This document shows positions 1 through 12,240 of a stretch of 64,000 bases of DNA, piece by piece. The first letter of the stretch is position 1; each line of letters opens with the position of its first letter. Source of the DNA: Azolla caroliniana (lineage: Eukaryota; Plantae; Polypodiophyta); assembly GCA_043228905.1 (NCBI GenBank), contig JBHGNT010000018.1:2046001-2110000 (forward strand). The letters run 5' to 3'. The notes beneath the pieces were generated by a model. That model ran no database searches, had not been told where the DNA came from, and saw only the letters and a program-made list of their open reading frames with translations. The translations under genes and the position numbers were made by a program.

Positions 1-1159
1 TGGAGAAATGGATAGGCCACGAGGAGGAGGGCTCTCTGATCCCGAGAGGTAGGGGATCACCAGACATGCTCGAAGGCCATGAAGTGAGAGACACTGAGAC
101 ACCCACACAGAATAACGCCATTCGAGTACTCGCATACACTGGTCATAAATGGATTGTAGATCTTGATCCGATCAAAGTACAACCCGATTGGCATATATGT
201 ACTCATGAAAACACATGGCTGCGTAAGGTCAGTTGGGACCCTTTGCAATGGACATGACGTGATCCCTACGCGGGGCAAGGAAGCAAACCCATCCCTTTCT
301 TCCAATTCACAACTAGATTGGGTCGCCACATTCTAGCTGCTCAAGCCGCCCGAGAACCGACTGCTGCAAAGGTCTGGCGCACATTTCAAGTTCCCTCCAC
401 AATAATCACCAAGTTTTGGCAGAAAATCTGGAAGCAACAACACGCGAGGCGAATTACCACTTTCCAATGGCTGTTAATACATAAGTCCCTACCGGTGGGA
501 GCATGGCAACGTGGGAACCTTAACTCTCATAATTGTGTAGAGTGCCCACATTCAGTAGAATCCATACGACACGCTCTGTGGGACTGCCCAACGTCCCATA
601 GAACATGGCGGGGAGTTGGCCGCTTGTTGTAGTTATGCCAGGTGCAAGGTTCAATCAAGTGGGGAAATATATGTTGGCTATCATGGCAGGCTGCAATTGG
701 CCAATATGAGCATCAGGAGGAGGGGATGACTTTGGTGATAAAAGCACAAGAGGTTCTTTTCTCCTCCAGCGACAATGTCCACTATTTTCCTCTTAATGAC
801 AAATCTCAAGAGGTGGTGGAATTGGTCAACCCAATAACCCTTTGGATTCTATGGAAACAACGATGTATGCGAGTCTTCTCCAACCAAACCACCCATCCAA
901 CAAGGTTACTGCAAGAGATATGGAGTGAAGTTGTAGCCACTCTGAAGAGCCAATATGATGGCCTTAAAGGTGGCTCCGAGGGAGTTGAAAGACAACGCAT
1001 AGCCTTCATCCAATAATGGTCGTCCTCTCCCTTTCTTGAGTTAGTGGGCTTCCACATTAGATGGAACTATCGCGTCCCTTTAGGGATTTGTACATAATCG
1101 CCTCATTTGTAAAATTTTATAACTAATGGAAGGAGTTTTTTTTTTGGAAAAAAAAAAAA
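1..1159 (+). mobile_element. L1-clade LINE 3' end (zf-RVT region) with poly(A) tail, degraded
   Basis: ORF 318-632 has FWQKIWK..ITTFQWLLIHKSLP..CVEC..ESIRHALWDCP (zf-RVT-like CCHC); 642-1016 has LWILWKQRC..VF, typical of the plant L1 ORF2 C-terminus; in-frame stops; A12 tail at 1148-1159. The 5' end lies outside the window. Confidence 0.85.
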
Positions 1160-1947
1160 GTCAAGGAATCACCCCCCGGTCGAGTTCAAGAATATGAGAC
1201 TACATACATACCCTCTCTTACATTTTACTTAACTAGAGCTATAAACTAGTGGCAATCAAACAATCAACGTGGGTGCTAGTAATTCCACCACGTGTCATCT
1301 TATGCGACTATCACATTATTCACCACACGTCGTCTTACTTTAGGGAAATATACTTTAGGGTAAAGTAAAGAAATATACTTTGGGGAATGTGACAAAAGTC
1401 ATATATGTGGGTTACAACGACATGTGTGGGATTAACAACCCGCACCTTGATAGGGGCTAGCACTTGCCTCTTTCATAGTAAGGAATGACCTTGAGTTCCC
1501 CACCTTCCCTAACACTCATGGTGAGTGGCCATCTTGTATGGCAGTGAGTAGTCCCGCTCATATCTCTCATGGCGCTCTCGCCAATATTGCTCCGATTGGA
1601 ATCACTTTGTGTATCGAGCTTTGGCCTCCTGGCAGTGTCGATTAGCTTGTCGAAATCTCTCTTTCGGACTAAATTGATTTCTGTCAGAGATCTCCCTCGA
1701 TTTTCTACCATCAATCGCCTTATTCCCCTCTATACATGTGATCATAAAGTACTTATTAAGACACTCTACCTAGTACTTATCAATACTCAATATTCACATT
1801 TGTTTTAATTATATACATAAGCCTTGTTTGAGTGCAAACTCACTTTTCCCCTTATGGCCGGAAATCTTCACGACATCCACCCCCACCAAACTGCACATCT
1901 CTAGTATGTGCCGAGTAGTGAAGCATGGAAGATTTCGGCTCGAACCT
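1160..1947 (-). mobile_element. 3' end (PPT + partial 3' LTR) of the Trp-primed Gypsy family, interrupted by the LINE
   Basis: On the minus strand, PPT GGTGGGGGTGGA is followed by TGTCGTGAAGA (LTR edge at 1875). The same LTR start occurs at 37039, 42225 and 54779, and the upstream motif GATTTCGGC is shared with about 37099. Confidence 0.65.
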
Positions 1948-2029
1948 CACCTTGTATGATGTTGTGTCTTTCTCCTTTGTTAATATACTTGACCTTGCGT
2001 ATACTCTGTCTCTCTCTCTCTCTCTATCT

Positions 2030-2068
<39 letters not shown>

Positions 2069-2115
2069 TTCACACCTATTCCGCTTCATAAGAATCCATC
2101 TCTTGATTCTTTGCA

Positions 2116-2126
2116 TGGTATCAGAG
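2116..2126 (+). promoter_or_regulatory. Primer binding site, tRNA-iMet
   Basis: TGGTATCAGAG immediately after the LTR end ...TTGCA. Confidence 0.9.
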
Positions 2127-2274
2127 TGATTTGGTAGCTCGATCTAGCCCATTCGCCTCATCGTGATCGTGTGTTGTGCTCCACGCCGACGACCAAGAAC
2201 CGGCTCATCGCAATCGTAGCTTTACTACATAGCTCGCATTCGAAGAGAGAAGAAGAAGAAGAAGAATCGACATA

Positions 2275-3110
2275 ATGAATACTCAAATGGGGAGCGTTGT
2301 CCCTACTGAGAAGTTGGATCGAAACAACTTCGCATCTTGGGAGTACAAGATGCACCAATACCTTGTCAGACAAGGCTATTGGAGCTACATCAAAGGAGCG
2401 CATGAAGACCGACCCGCCGAAGCGGCTCCCGGATACACGACATGGGAGCAAGCCGCAAGCCGCGTGATGTATTGTTTGGCGACATGTGTTCACGACCACA
2501 TGCTCGGTTACATTCGAGAAGCCAAGACGCCGAAGGAAGCATGGGAAAATCTACCAAAGATTTTCGCCGCCAACACGACCGCGAGGAAGCTTCAACTCCG
2601 CCAAGAGTTGAACACCATTCAACAAAGGGACATGTCCATCACGACATACACCTTGAAGATCAAGGAGCTTTGCGACTCGCTCAGCTCAATAAGAGTAAGT
2701 ATAGATGATGATGAGATGGTGCAAATATGCCTCAGCGGCCTCGCACCATGGTTCGGCGCGATGCGACCGCCATTCTAGCACGGGAGAAATCTCCCTCCGT
2801 CTTCGAGCTCCAATCAATGCTATTGGTTAAAGAAAACCACGTGCGTACAAAGAGCAATGAGTCGGAAGGCCACATGCTCTACACGCACTCTAATGGAGGA
2901 AGAGGACACGGACGCGCGAGAGGCCGATTCGGCCAAGGACAAGGCGGACGAGGTCCGACCTATGACAACAACTCCCAATTTTGGCCGCAAAACGGAGGCC
3001 AACGAGGAACCTTCGCAAGAAGGGGGAGCTTCCACTCCGGCCCGAGCCGTCAAAACGCAACCGAATGCGGATATTGCGGAAAGCTCGGCCACCACGAAGA
3101 AGAGTGCCGA
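2275..3110 (+). pseudogene. gag: Copia gag with CCHC knuckle (frameshifted near 2750)
   Basis: EKLDRNNFASWEYKM..AWENL..RKLQLRQEL; knuckle CGYCGKLGHHEEEC. Confidence 0.9.
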
Positions 3111-4732
3111 AGCCGATTCGGCTACAACGATTATATGGCATACCATTACGCCTTTATGATGAAGGTAGCGACAGTACGGGAGCCGGAAACCTTTTCGGAA
3201 GCCGCGAAGGACCCGTGATGGATCGAAGCAATGAACGAGGAGATGCAGGCACTACAGAAGAACAAGACGTGGGATCTCGTTTCCACCTCACCACACAAAA
3301 AGGCGATCGGATGTAGATGGATCTACAAGGTGAAGTATAACGCCGATGGCTCCGTAAATTGCACAAAGCTCGACTCGTAGCGAAAGGATACGCTCAGACG
3401 CATGGCGTCGACTACGAAGAGACCTTTGCCCCGGTGGCAAAGATGACAACGGTGCGGACCGTAATTGCGCTTGCCGCGGCGAAAGGGTGGCACCTCCATC
3501 AAATGGACGTCAGGAACGCCTTTCTACAAGGAGAATTAGAAGAGGAGGTGTACATGATACAACCACCCGGCTTCAACTCGAGCACCCATCCGAAAGTTGT
3601 ATGCCGACTCAAGAAGCCACTTTATGGCCTCAAGCAAGCACCGCGTGCTTGGCATTCGAAGATAACGCAATATCTTCATCAAATCGGCTTCTGTATGTCA
3701 AAATCGGACAACTCCCTCTACATACGAAGCGATTCCGCAAGTCCGATCATCATCATTTTATATGTGGATGACCTAGTAATTGGCAATGAGCATCTTGTCA
3801 ACATCAATAAGGTCAAATCCCTCCTTTCCGACAAGTTTGAGATGACGGACATGAAGGAGCTCCACTACTTCCTCGGCATCGAGGTAATTCAGACTTTGGT
3901 CGGAATCATGATCTCTCAATGGCACTACATCCTCAACTTGTTATACAAGTTCGGTATGGCTGAGTGCAAATCCGCGGCAACCCCGCTCAATCGCAATCTC
4001 AAACTGGATGCGAACTCTGGCACCAAAGCGTGTGAGCTGACTTAGTATCGACAACTCATCAGGAGTCTCATCTACCTCACGATCACTCGACCCGATCTCA
4101 GTTATCCGGTCAGTCTCCTTAGCCAATTCATGCAAACACCGCGTGATACTCACTTGGATTGCGCTAAGCGAGTTCTACGATACGTGAGTGGCACAATGGA
4201 TTGTGGCATCCTCTACAAGACCGCGATGCCAATACGACTCGTAGGGTACATAGACGCCGATTGGGCCGGCTACAAAGCCGATAGAAGATCAACCTCCGGA
4301 TTTGTTTTCTCCCTCGGTAGCGGAGCAATATCTTGGAGTAGCAAGAAGCAGCCTACCATTGCTCTTTCGAGTACGGAGGTGGAATACAGGGGCGCAACCG
4401 TAGCCGCCTGTGAAGCCGTATGGCTCAAGAGGATTTTGAAGGATCTGGGCGTACCCATCAAGGTTCCGACTCCCCTTTACTGCGACAACATGAGCAATAT
4501 TTATTTGGCTCGGAACTCGGTGTTCCACGCGCGGACAAAGCACATCAAAGTGCATTATCACTTCATCCAAGACCGCGTTCTAGTTGGCGATGTCGACCTA
4601 CAACACATTAGCACCAATCTTCAAACGACTGACATCTTCACTAAAGCTTTAGGAGCCGACAAGCTATGGCAATTCATGACCGATCTCGGATTGACAATCC
4701 CTGACCTGCCAAGCTTGAGGGGGAGTACGTAA
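3111..4732 (+). pseudogene. pol: Copia reverse transcriptase-RNase H, with stops and frameshift
   Basis: KARLVAKGY, HQMDVRNAFL, LYGLKQAPRAW, LYVDD, DADWAG, SSTEVEY, HARTKHI, ending PSLRG. Confidence 0.92.
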
Positions 4733-4975
4733 GACACTACGCAATCGCAATAACGCGTAGATTTTGCAACCGCGCAACAAAGCCGCGAAGAGCCGATCTA
4801 CTGCGCAAAGCCGCGAAGAAAGACGCAAGCCTAAGCATAGACTTCGCAACTACGCACAACGCAAGCTGGAGCACGGATTCCGCAACGCTGCATAAATGCG
4901 AATCAACGCGAGTCGACGCGGACTCCGGATTTTGGATACCGTCTGAAATCGACCCGACTTGAGCTTGAGGGGGCG

Positions 4976-5359
4976 TGTTGAGAATCATGCTCAACTTGGT
5001 CTAGTGTGTGAACTTACCTTGAGAGTGAATAGACACTCCAACGGTCAAGAGTCACCACTACGTCACCACTTTGTATTCTAGCATTTAGTATGAGTCATAG
5101 AATCATATTCTATGACACATAACTTATGAGCTTTCACATTCCCCATGCTCCATGAGTCTTGTAGTTAATGAAGAGAGAGGGTGACTACATAAAGCACCCT
5201 CCTCCCACCTTGTATGATGTTGTGTCTTTCTCCTTTGTTAATATACTTAACCCTGCGTATACTCTGTGTCTCTCTCTCTCTCTTTCTCTCTCTTATATAC
5301 ACACACACACAGTGCACACCTATTCCGCTTCACAAGAATTCATCTCTTGATTCTTTACA
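4976..5359 (+). repeat. 3' LTR of Copia A
   Basis: TGTTG...TTACA after the PPT; matches 1948-2115. Confidence 0.88.
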
Positions 5360-6197
5360 CTTAATAATAATTATTCTAATTCACCATACTCATGCAATTC
5401 ATGAAATTCCTACCTTCCTCTTTCATATTCTTATTAGCCTTAAACTTCTCCTCCTCCTAGTCCAAAACCTCAACGGTTCCCACCCGACTCACGTAACGAC
5501 CCGACGCCGAAAGGCATGACACAATTGATGAACACAATGTGAATGCGGGCGGCAAGGAGATGGAGACTCAACAAGAGGCTAACAACATGATGACGATTTT
5601 CAAGCGGATGCTACAAGAACAACGCGCGATGTCGGAGATTGTGGCGGCAATAGAGCAGCTCGTGCAACGGAACAGGCAATTCAATGGGAAGGATGTGTCA
5701 CGTTATCTATGAGACTACAAGGCGGAGATGCTGCGATGCGGGATATCAGAAGGATTGCAAGTGACATCCTTCAATCGGGTGGCTACGGATGGGCTTCAAG
5801 GGAGTATCCACGGGATACGACAACAAAATCCGACATGGGCGGTGTTTGAAGAAACGTTGAAGACTACATTTGCTATCGAGGACTCCTCCAAGGCAACACA
5901 GAGGGGATTTGAAGATTGGGTGGAAACACCAGACAAGCGGTTGAAGGTCCTCAATGTGTTTTTGGCATTCGAAAGTCGATTCGGGAGGTTTTCTGCGAGA
6001 GATCAATCTATCCTCGCACCGAACAAAGAGATCATGTTCTTACGAGCTATGGGTGTCTGAGACCAAAAAGATCTTGGACTTGCTTCTAGAGGATACGACT
6101 ACTAAGAGTGGCCTCACCAATACATGGGAAAATGTGCAGGACATTGTCGCGCAATACACAAAGAGGGGGCAAGGGCTTAGTAATGAAGAAAAGAGGG

Positions 6198-6642
6198 TGT
6201 TAAGTAATTAGGTAATTAACTAGGGTTAATTAGAGACTAATTATATGGTTACGTTAAGCAACGGAAGATTAGTATGATATGCGCGTGAGAGTGTGTGAGA
6301 GGAAGAGAGAGAAAGAGAGGAAGTTACACTTATATGAGCACGAAGATAAATGGGGGATGATTGACTATATTGAAAAGTGTCATCAACATACAAAAATACC
6401 CACAATGAGGTATATATACAACCCATGTGCAAAGGTGCACATGTGTGGGTAGAACATAGGTACTTATGTGTAAGTCCTACATTAAATGTACTAAGGAGTG
6501 GAGGATCTAGAATATCCCACTTAAGTACAAGGTCCTATTTAAAGGCTTAAGGTCAACACATTAACTAGATTCGATCTAGGTAACTACTAAGTTACATGTG
6601 TTGACTAACTAGGTTAAACTAGTTGAGCTTGATATCTCAACA
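6198..6642 (-). repeat. 3' LTR of Copia B
   Basis: Near-identical to 9718-10162; TG..CA ends. Confidence 0.95.
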
Positions 6643-6682
6643 CGCCCCCTTAAGCTCAAGTGTGAGGCGTCCAACGTCTGGT

Positions 6683-9541
6683 TTAGCTTCCTTCGGCTTC
6701 GTCGGCATCGGTGCAGCTTGCGGCTTTCTTTGCGGTGTTGCGTGGCTTTCTTCGCGTCTTCGCGGCCTCGTTGCGCGGCTTTCCGCGGCTCTTCGTGATT
6801 CTCTGCGGCTTATTCCCCCCCTCAAGCCTGTGACGAAGGCTTGGATCCTCGAGCTCTTGTTTGGCCACTACCTTCATTGCGAGGGCATAGTGATGGGCCA
6901 TATACTCGTTGTAGGCGTAACGAGTGACTTGGGTCTTCGCTCGTGATGAGCGGCAGAGTTTCTCGTTTGTCGATGTGAGTGCCTTCTTTACTCCGGGTGT
7001 CCTCGTGATGGATACATCGAACTCACTGTCTAGTGAGCGAGCCGAATCATCCGAATCATGGTCGTCGGGGTGGACCTCGACTTCGTATTCGGGCATCTTA
7101 CCTTTGCCTTTGTCCGATGTCGGACTTGGCCGCGACATGTTTTCATCGCGTGGAGGCTCTTGTGGGCCAATTAGCTCGGTAGAGCTTGGATTGTCCTTCG
7201 GTGGAGGACTTGGCCGAGTTTCGTCGTCCGAGTTGGCGTTCAACTCTTCCTCGATCGGGTCGGATGGAGTCGCATCGGGCTTATACCAATATGCCGATTC
7301 GTCGAAAACGACGTCGCAACTTATCCGCACCGCTCGGGTCGAAGGTTTGAAGCAATTATACGCCTTTTTCGAGGACAAGTATCCTATGGGGATACATTCT
7401 TCCGACTTCGCGTCGGGCTTCTCTCGACTTTCGTTCGGGATGCGTACATTCCCAATGCTTCTGAACACCTTGAGGTGCGAGAGGATGGGCTTTCTTCCAA
7501 CGAAGATCTCGTATGGAGTAAGCTCGTGCACGCTATTTGTGGTGCAGCGACTCATGAGATAGACGGTCGTGGATGCCGCTTCCGCCCAATAGAAGTTCGG
7601 CATGTGCTTCTCACGCATCATGGCGCGTGCTACCTCAAGTATTTGCCGATTCTTTCTCTCGGCTACTCCGTTTTGTTGGGGAGTGTGTCGGCATGAGAAT
7701 TCTCTACGAATGCCTTCACCTTGGAGGTAGGAGGTGAACTCGTCGGAGAAGTACTCCTTTCCTCCGTCCGATCGTAGGCATCGAATGTGCCGACCGGTTT
7801 CTTTCTCCACTTGGCTTTTGAGCCTTTGAAAATGGGAGAGCACTTCGCTCTTCTTCTTCATCGGGTATATCCACGCATAGCATGAGTGGTCGTCGATGAA
7901 GGTGACGTAGTAGCAGCATCCACCGAGTGTCGGCGTTTGAGCTGGTCCCCATACGTCCGAGTGGATTATGTCAAGGAGGCCTTTGCTTGCGGAGCTCTCC
8001 TTCAGGAATGGGAGTCGATGTTGTTTGCCGAGTTGGCATGCTTCACACACTCGGTTGACTCGTTTTGATTCGAAGGCCGAAAGTCCGATTACAACTCCAT
8101 TTGATTGCATTCCGCGAAGCTGTTGGAGGTTTACATGGCTGATTCGCTTGTGCCACAACTTGATGTTTGTCTCGGTCTTGATACCTTTGGCATACATGGC
8201 CGATTTTACCTCGTTCGAGTCGAGGATGAACAAGCGACCCTCTCTCCGTCCCTTGGCTATGAGTTGGCCATCTTTCTCAATGAAGCAACCTTCATTGTTG
8301 AAGCGGACTTGCATGCCTTGTTCCATGATTTGGCCGACCGAGACCAAATTCTTTGTTATTGTGGGCATGTGCAAGACATTCTTGATGCATGTTTGCTCAC
8401 CTTCTTTCCCGAATGGGACATCGCCGATGTGCCGAATGGGATGTGGAGTGTCGTCTCCGATCTCTATGTAGCCGGGTCGATCTGGCGTTCGCAAGTCGCG
8501 AAACCACTCTTGGTGTGACGTCATGTGGTGTGAGGCGCCGGAGTCTACGAACCACGCGTGTTCGGAGTTGGAGGTGCTTGCAGAGTTTGCGGGATCGGAG
8601 GCCATCATAGAGTTCGCTCTATGCCTCATCACGAAGAGTCCGCCGTAGTCCGTGTATTCCGCGTTCCCGGCGTAATTTGTGAGTTGCCGGCTTGTTGAGG
8701 CCGACTCGCTTCGTCTTTTTCGGCACTCCTCTTCGTGATGGCCGATTTTGCCGCAATAGTTGCACGTAGGTGGCGTTGTTCGCCGACCTTGTTTGGCGTG
8801 GAAGCTCCCCCTTCTTGTGAAGGTTCCTCGATGGCTTCCGTTTCCTTACCGAAATTGTGAATTCCCTTCGTGAGATAGGTCAACTTGACCTCTTCCGCTT
8901 TGACCTCGTCTATGGGCACCATCTGTATCAGAGAAGAGCATTTGTCCTTCCGATGTGTTGGTATTTGATTGAACGTGGTTTTCTTCAACCAATAGCATTG
9001 ATTGGAGGTTGAAGAACGAGGGAGGGGTATCTCTCGCCAAGATTGCCGTTCTCAACGGGTTGAATCGTTGTGCGAGGTCGCCCAAGCATACTTGCACCAT
9101 CTCATCCTCGTCGATGTTGACGTTGATGGAGCCAAGAGAGTCACAAATGCTCTTGATCTTGGCGGTGTAGTCCGTCACAGACATTTCTTTTTGTCGTATG
9201 TTGTTCAACTCTTGCCGGAGTTGAAGCTTGCGCGCGGATGTGTCCGCGGCGAAAATCTTCTTGAGATTTTCCCACGCCTCTTTGGGCGTCTTAGCGTCAC
9301 GAATGTGGCTAAGCATGTGGTCGTTTACACATGTTGCCAAGCAATACATTACCCGACTCGCGCCTTGCTCCCATGTTGGGTAGTTGGCGTGTGTGGTTTC
9401 GGGTTTGTTTTCTTGTGCGTCGTTGATGTAGCTCCAATACCCTTGGCCGACAAGGTATTGATTCATCTTGTACTCCCAAGATGAATAGGTGCTTTGGTCT
9501 AGCTTTTCGCTAGGGAGTGAACTTCCCATTTGTGTGTTCAT
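6683..9541 (-). pseudogene. gag-pol: gag-protease-integrase polyprotein of Copia B (single in-frame TAA at 8846-8848)
   Basis: gag, knuckle CNYCGKIGHHEEEC, protease WFVDSGAS, HHCC (LWHKRISH..CEAC), integrase HSDVWGP/LRSDGGKEY/QQNGVAERKNR. ORFs 8846-9541 and 6683-8632 are in the same frame. Confidence 0.93.
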
Positions 9542-9717
9542 GTTGATTGTTGTGTCTTCCGTTTTGTTTTTCTTCTCTTGGTCACGTACACGTCCTTCGT
9601 AGCGGCACTACGGTAGCGGATAGCGAATAGCCGGGATTTGTTGTCGGCGTCTCGAACACATAATCACGAATAAGCGGTGGGCTTAGTGGATTTCCTAAAC
9701 CACGTGCTCTGATACCA

Positions 9718-10162
9718 TGTTAAGTAATTAGGTAATTAACTAGGGTTAATTAGAGACTAATTATATGGTTACGTTAAGTAGCGGAAGATTAGTATGATAT
9801 GCGCGTGCGAGTGTGTGAGAGGAAGAGAGAGAAAGAGAGGAAGTTACACTTATATGAGCACGAAGATAAATGGGGGATGATTGACTATATTGAAAAGTGT
9901 CATCAACATACAAAAATACCCACAATGAGGTATATATACAATCCATGTGCAAAGGTGCACATGTGTGGGTAGAACATAGGTACTTATGTGTAAGTCCTAC
10001 ATTAAATGTACTAAGGAGTGGAGGATCTAGAATATCCCACTTAAGTACAAGGTCCTATTTAAAGGCTTAAGGTCAACACATTAACTAGATTCGATCTAGG
10101 TAACTACTAAGTTACATGTGTTGACTAACTAGGTTAAACTAGTTGAGCTTGATATCTCAACA
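9718..10162 (-). repeat. 5' LTR of Copia B
   Basis: Near-identical to 6198-6642; adjacent to the PBS. Confidence 0.95.
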
Positions 10163-12240
10163 AAGGGTTTCAGAACCAATTCCGAGACGAAGAGCCAGAT
10201 TGGAAGACCATCAACCATGGGCTTGGGAGACTACAACAAGAAGGGAATCGATACAACCACGGTGGTGCAGTTGCTAAAGGAGATAGAAAATCTCAAAATC
10301 GTGAGAAGACCGTCCCACAAGTTCCAACTATATGGATTGTCGATGCATATGGTGTGATAACACTGAACATGATCGGAAAGATTGTGATGACCACAAGGAG
10401 GCTCTACAACGGGATCCCATCTACTACGAGGGAAATCAGATCCATTAGATGGATTCTTGGAAGCTACTCTGACCGAACTTCCGAAAAAGTGGCATGAAGA
10501 AGGTCCTAGAGGAAGAGATAGCGGCAAAAAGTAATCATGTGACATCTAAAGCGAAGTTAACTTTCTGGCCGGAGGTGCTAGAAATCTCGAAGAAAACCGA
10601 CTCTGATGAAATCCGAAGCACCGCTGAAGGTATCCAAGAAGCTACGGGATGGGAGTTCCCCGTAGATAAAAATAACATATATGCCTTATGTCAATTACAT
10701 GAGGTGTATGTAGATGAGAAACGACGACACATGGATGATGCGGTCGGACCATCGAAGACACTAGTAAATATGAACAATCTTTGTATTTTCTCTCTCCTGT
10801 TGTGACATACCACATACTTGAGCTGGTCGCATCAGATTATAGGTGCCTTGGTAGGGAGAAGCCTTGACAACTACATAACGGGAGAAGGGAAGAACCTCTT
10901 GTCAAAACGAGCAATGAATGGAAAGCATGGAGAGCTACCCACATGTCTTTGTACATGTGGCTTCTCAACTCCATGGTTCCATCAATCGCCACAACTATTG
11001 ATGGAATTTAAAGTGTGAAGGAGATTTGGGAGAAATTGCAAAAGACGTATGTTGGGAGGGGGAATACAATGAGAGTATTTCAAATCGAGCAAGAGATAGA
11101 TGCCGTCTGGTAGGGAGATAGGATGATTCAGGAATATGCCATAGAGCTGGAGCATCTATGGGCAGAATATGATCATTTTTCGCTTGTGATAGTGTGCAAT
11201 GATCCTCAGTGTAAGAGCAAGGAAATTTCTTCTCAAAGAAGAACCATGCAATTTTTGAAACATCTCAACCCGTCATTTGATCAAAGAAGGGTAGTTCTTC
11301 TAGCCAAGGCTGAAATCCCCACACGTGATGAGGCAATTGCAACTATGATACAAGAGGAGAGTAGAATGAAGCTGCTCTCTGACACTACCAGACTTCCAGG
11401 GGTACGATCGACACTAATGGTGTCAAATTCAAGCAAAAGTGAAAATCGAAAATGCTACAATGTTGGTGAAGCTACTCATTTAAAGAATGCTTGCCCTAAA
11501 CCATCTAAGGAGAGAAAAAATGGAGGACGTGGACAAACTAGAGGTCGTGGTCGAGGGGGGCGAAGAGGTGGAAGAGGAGGTCACTAAGCAAACCTAATGG
11601 TAGCAAAAGAAGAGGAAGGAACTGAGGTGGTGGTGTTCACCGAAGAGGATCAAGCTCTCTTAGATATACTTAAAGGAAGCAAAAAGCCGTAGATGATACT
11701 TCATTCATGTGAAGAGGTAACATTGCCACCTATGCTTATTCGGCCACAAGTACTAGCAACATAAATACTCTTGCCTCTGCATCAGAATGGATAATTGATT
11801 CTGGTGCATCTAGGCATGTGACTGGTAATGCTAGTGAATTCTCCTTGTATACTCACATAACAATGCCATAGAGCATTCAAATTGTTGACGGTACAACACA
11901 ACTTGTAGTGGGTATAGGTACAGTAAAATGTACCGACTCTGTGACGTTGTCTAATGTGTTGCATACTCCTTCTTTCCAAGTAAACCTATTATCCATAAGT
12001 TCTATCATACACCAACTAAAATGTGTTGTTTCTTTTTATATTCCCAAGGTGATATTCCAAGAGAAAGGGACATGTCGGAGACTTGAGACTAGCACATGGC
12101 ATAGTGGACTAAGGTATTTGGATCGTGAAGGGATGGATTCAGCATTAGCATCTATGGTAGAGGGAACACATGTAAGGGGATCTAAAATGAGCTAGGAGGA
12201 GTTGTTGATACTTTACCACCAATGTATGAGACATACCTCT

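Larger units (their letters stand above)
1948..5359 (+). mobile_element. Copia element A (MNTQMGS-gag family, Bryco-like), internally deleted: no protease or integrase
   Basis: 5' LTR remnant 1948-2115 matches the 3' half of the 3' LTR 4976-5359; PBS TGGTATCAGAG at 2116; gag, zinc knuckle, then directly RT-RNaseH; PPT at 4967-4975. Confidence 0.9.
6198..10162 (-). mobile_element. Copia element B, two-LTR insertion lacking RT and RNase H
   Basis: 445-bp LTRs 6198-6642 and 9718-10162 (about 4 mismatches by eye); TSD GAGGG/AAGGG; iMet PBS 9706-9717; PPT next to 6643. Confidence 0.95.
5360..10763 (+). mobile_element. Trp-primed Gypsy (Phygy-like) LTR end + gag fragment, split by Copia B
   Basis: LTR end ..CATGACA at 5521; degenerate Trp PBS TGATGAACACAATGTGAA at 5526-5543; gag AIEQLVQRNRQFNGKDVSRYL..YKAEMLRCGIS; resumes at 10163 with knuckle CIWCDNTEHDRKDC. 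Confidence 0.75.

Noticed and set aside
1339-1360. Telomere-like TTTAGGG motifs
   Set aside because: Only two non-adjacent copies inside an LTR; not an array.
8846-8848. Programmed stop read-through between gag and pol in Copia B
   Set aside because: The TAA lies upstream of the zinc knuckle, has no known read-through context and is absent in relative A; a point nonsense mutation is more likely.
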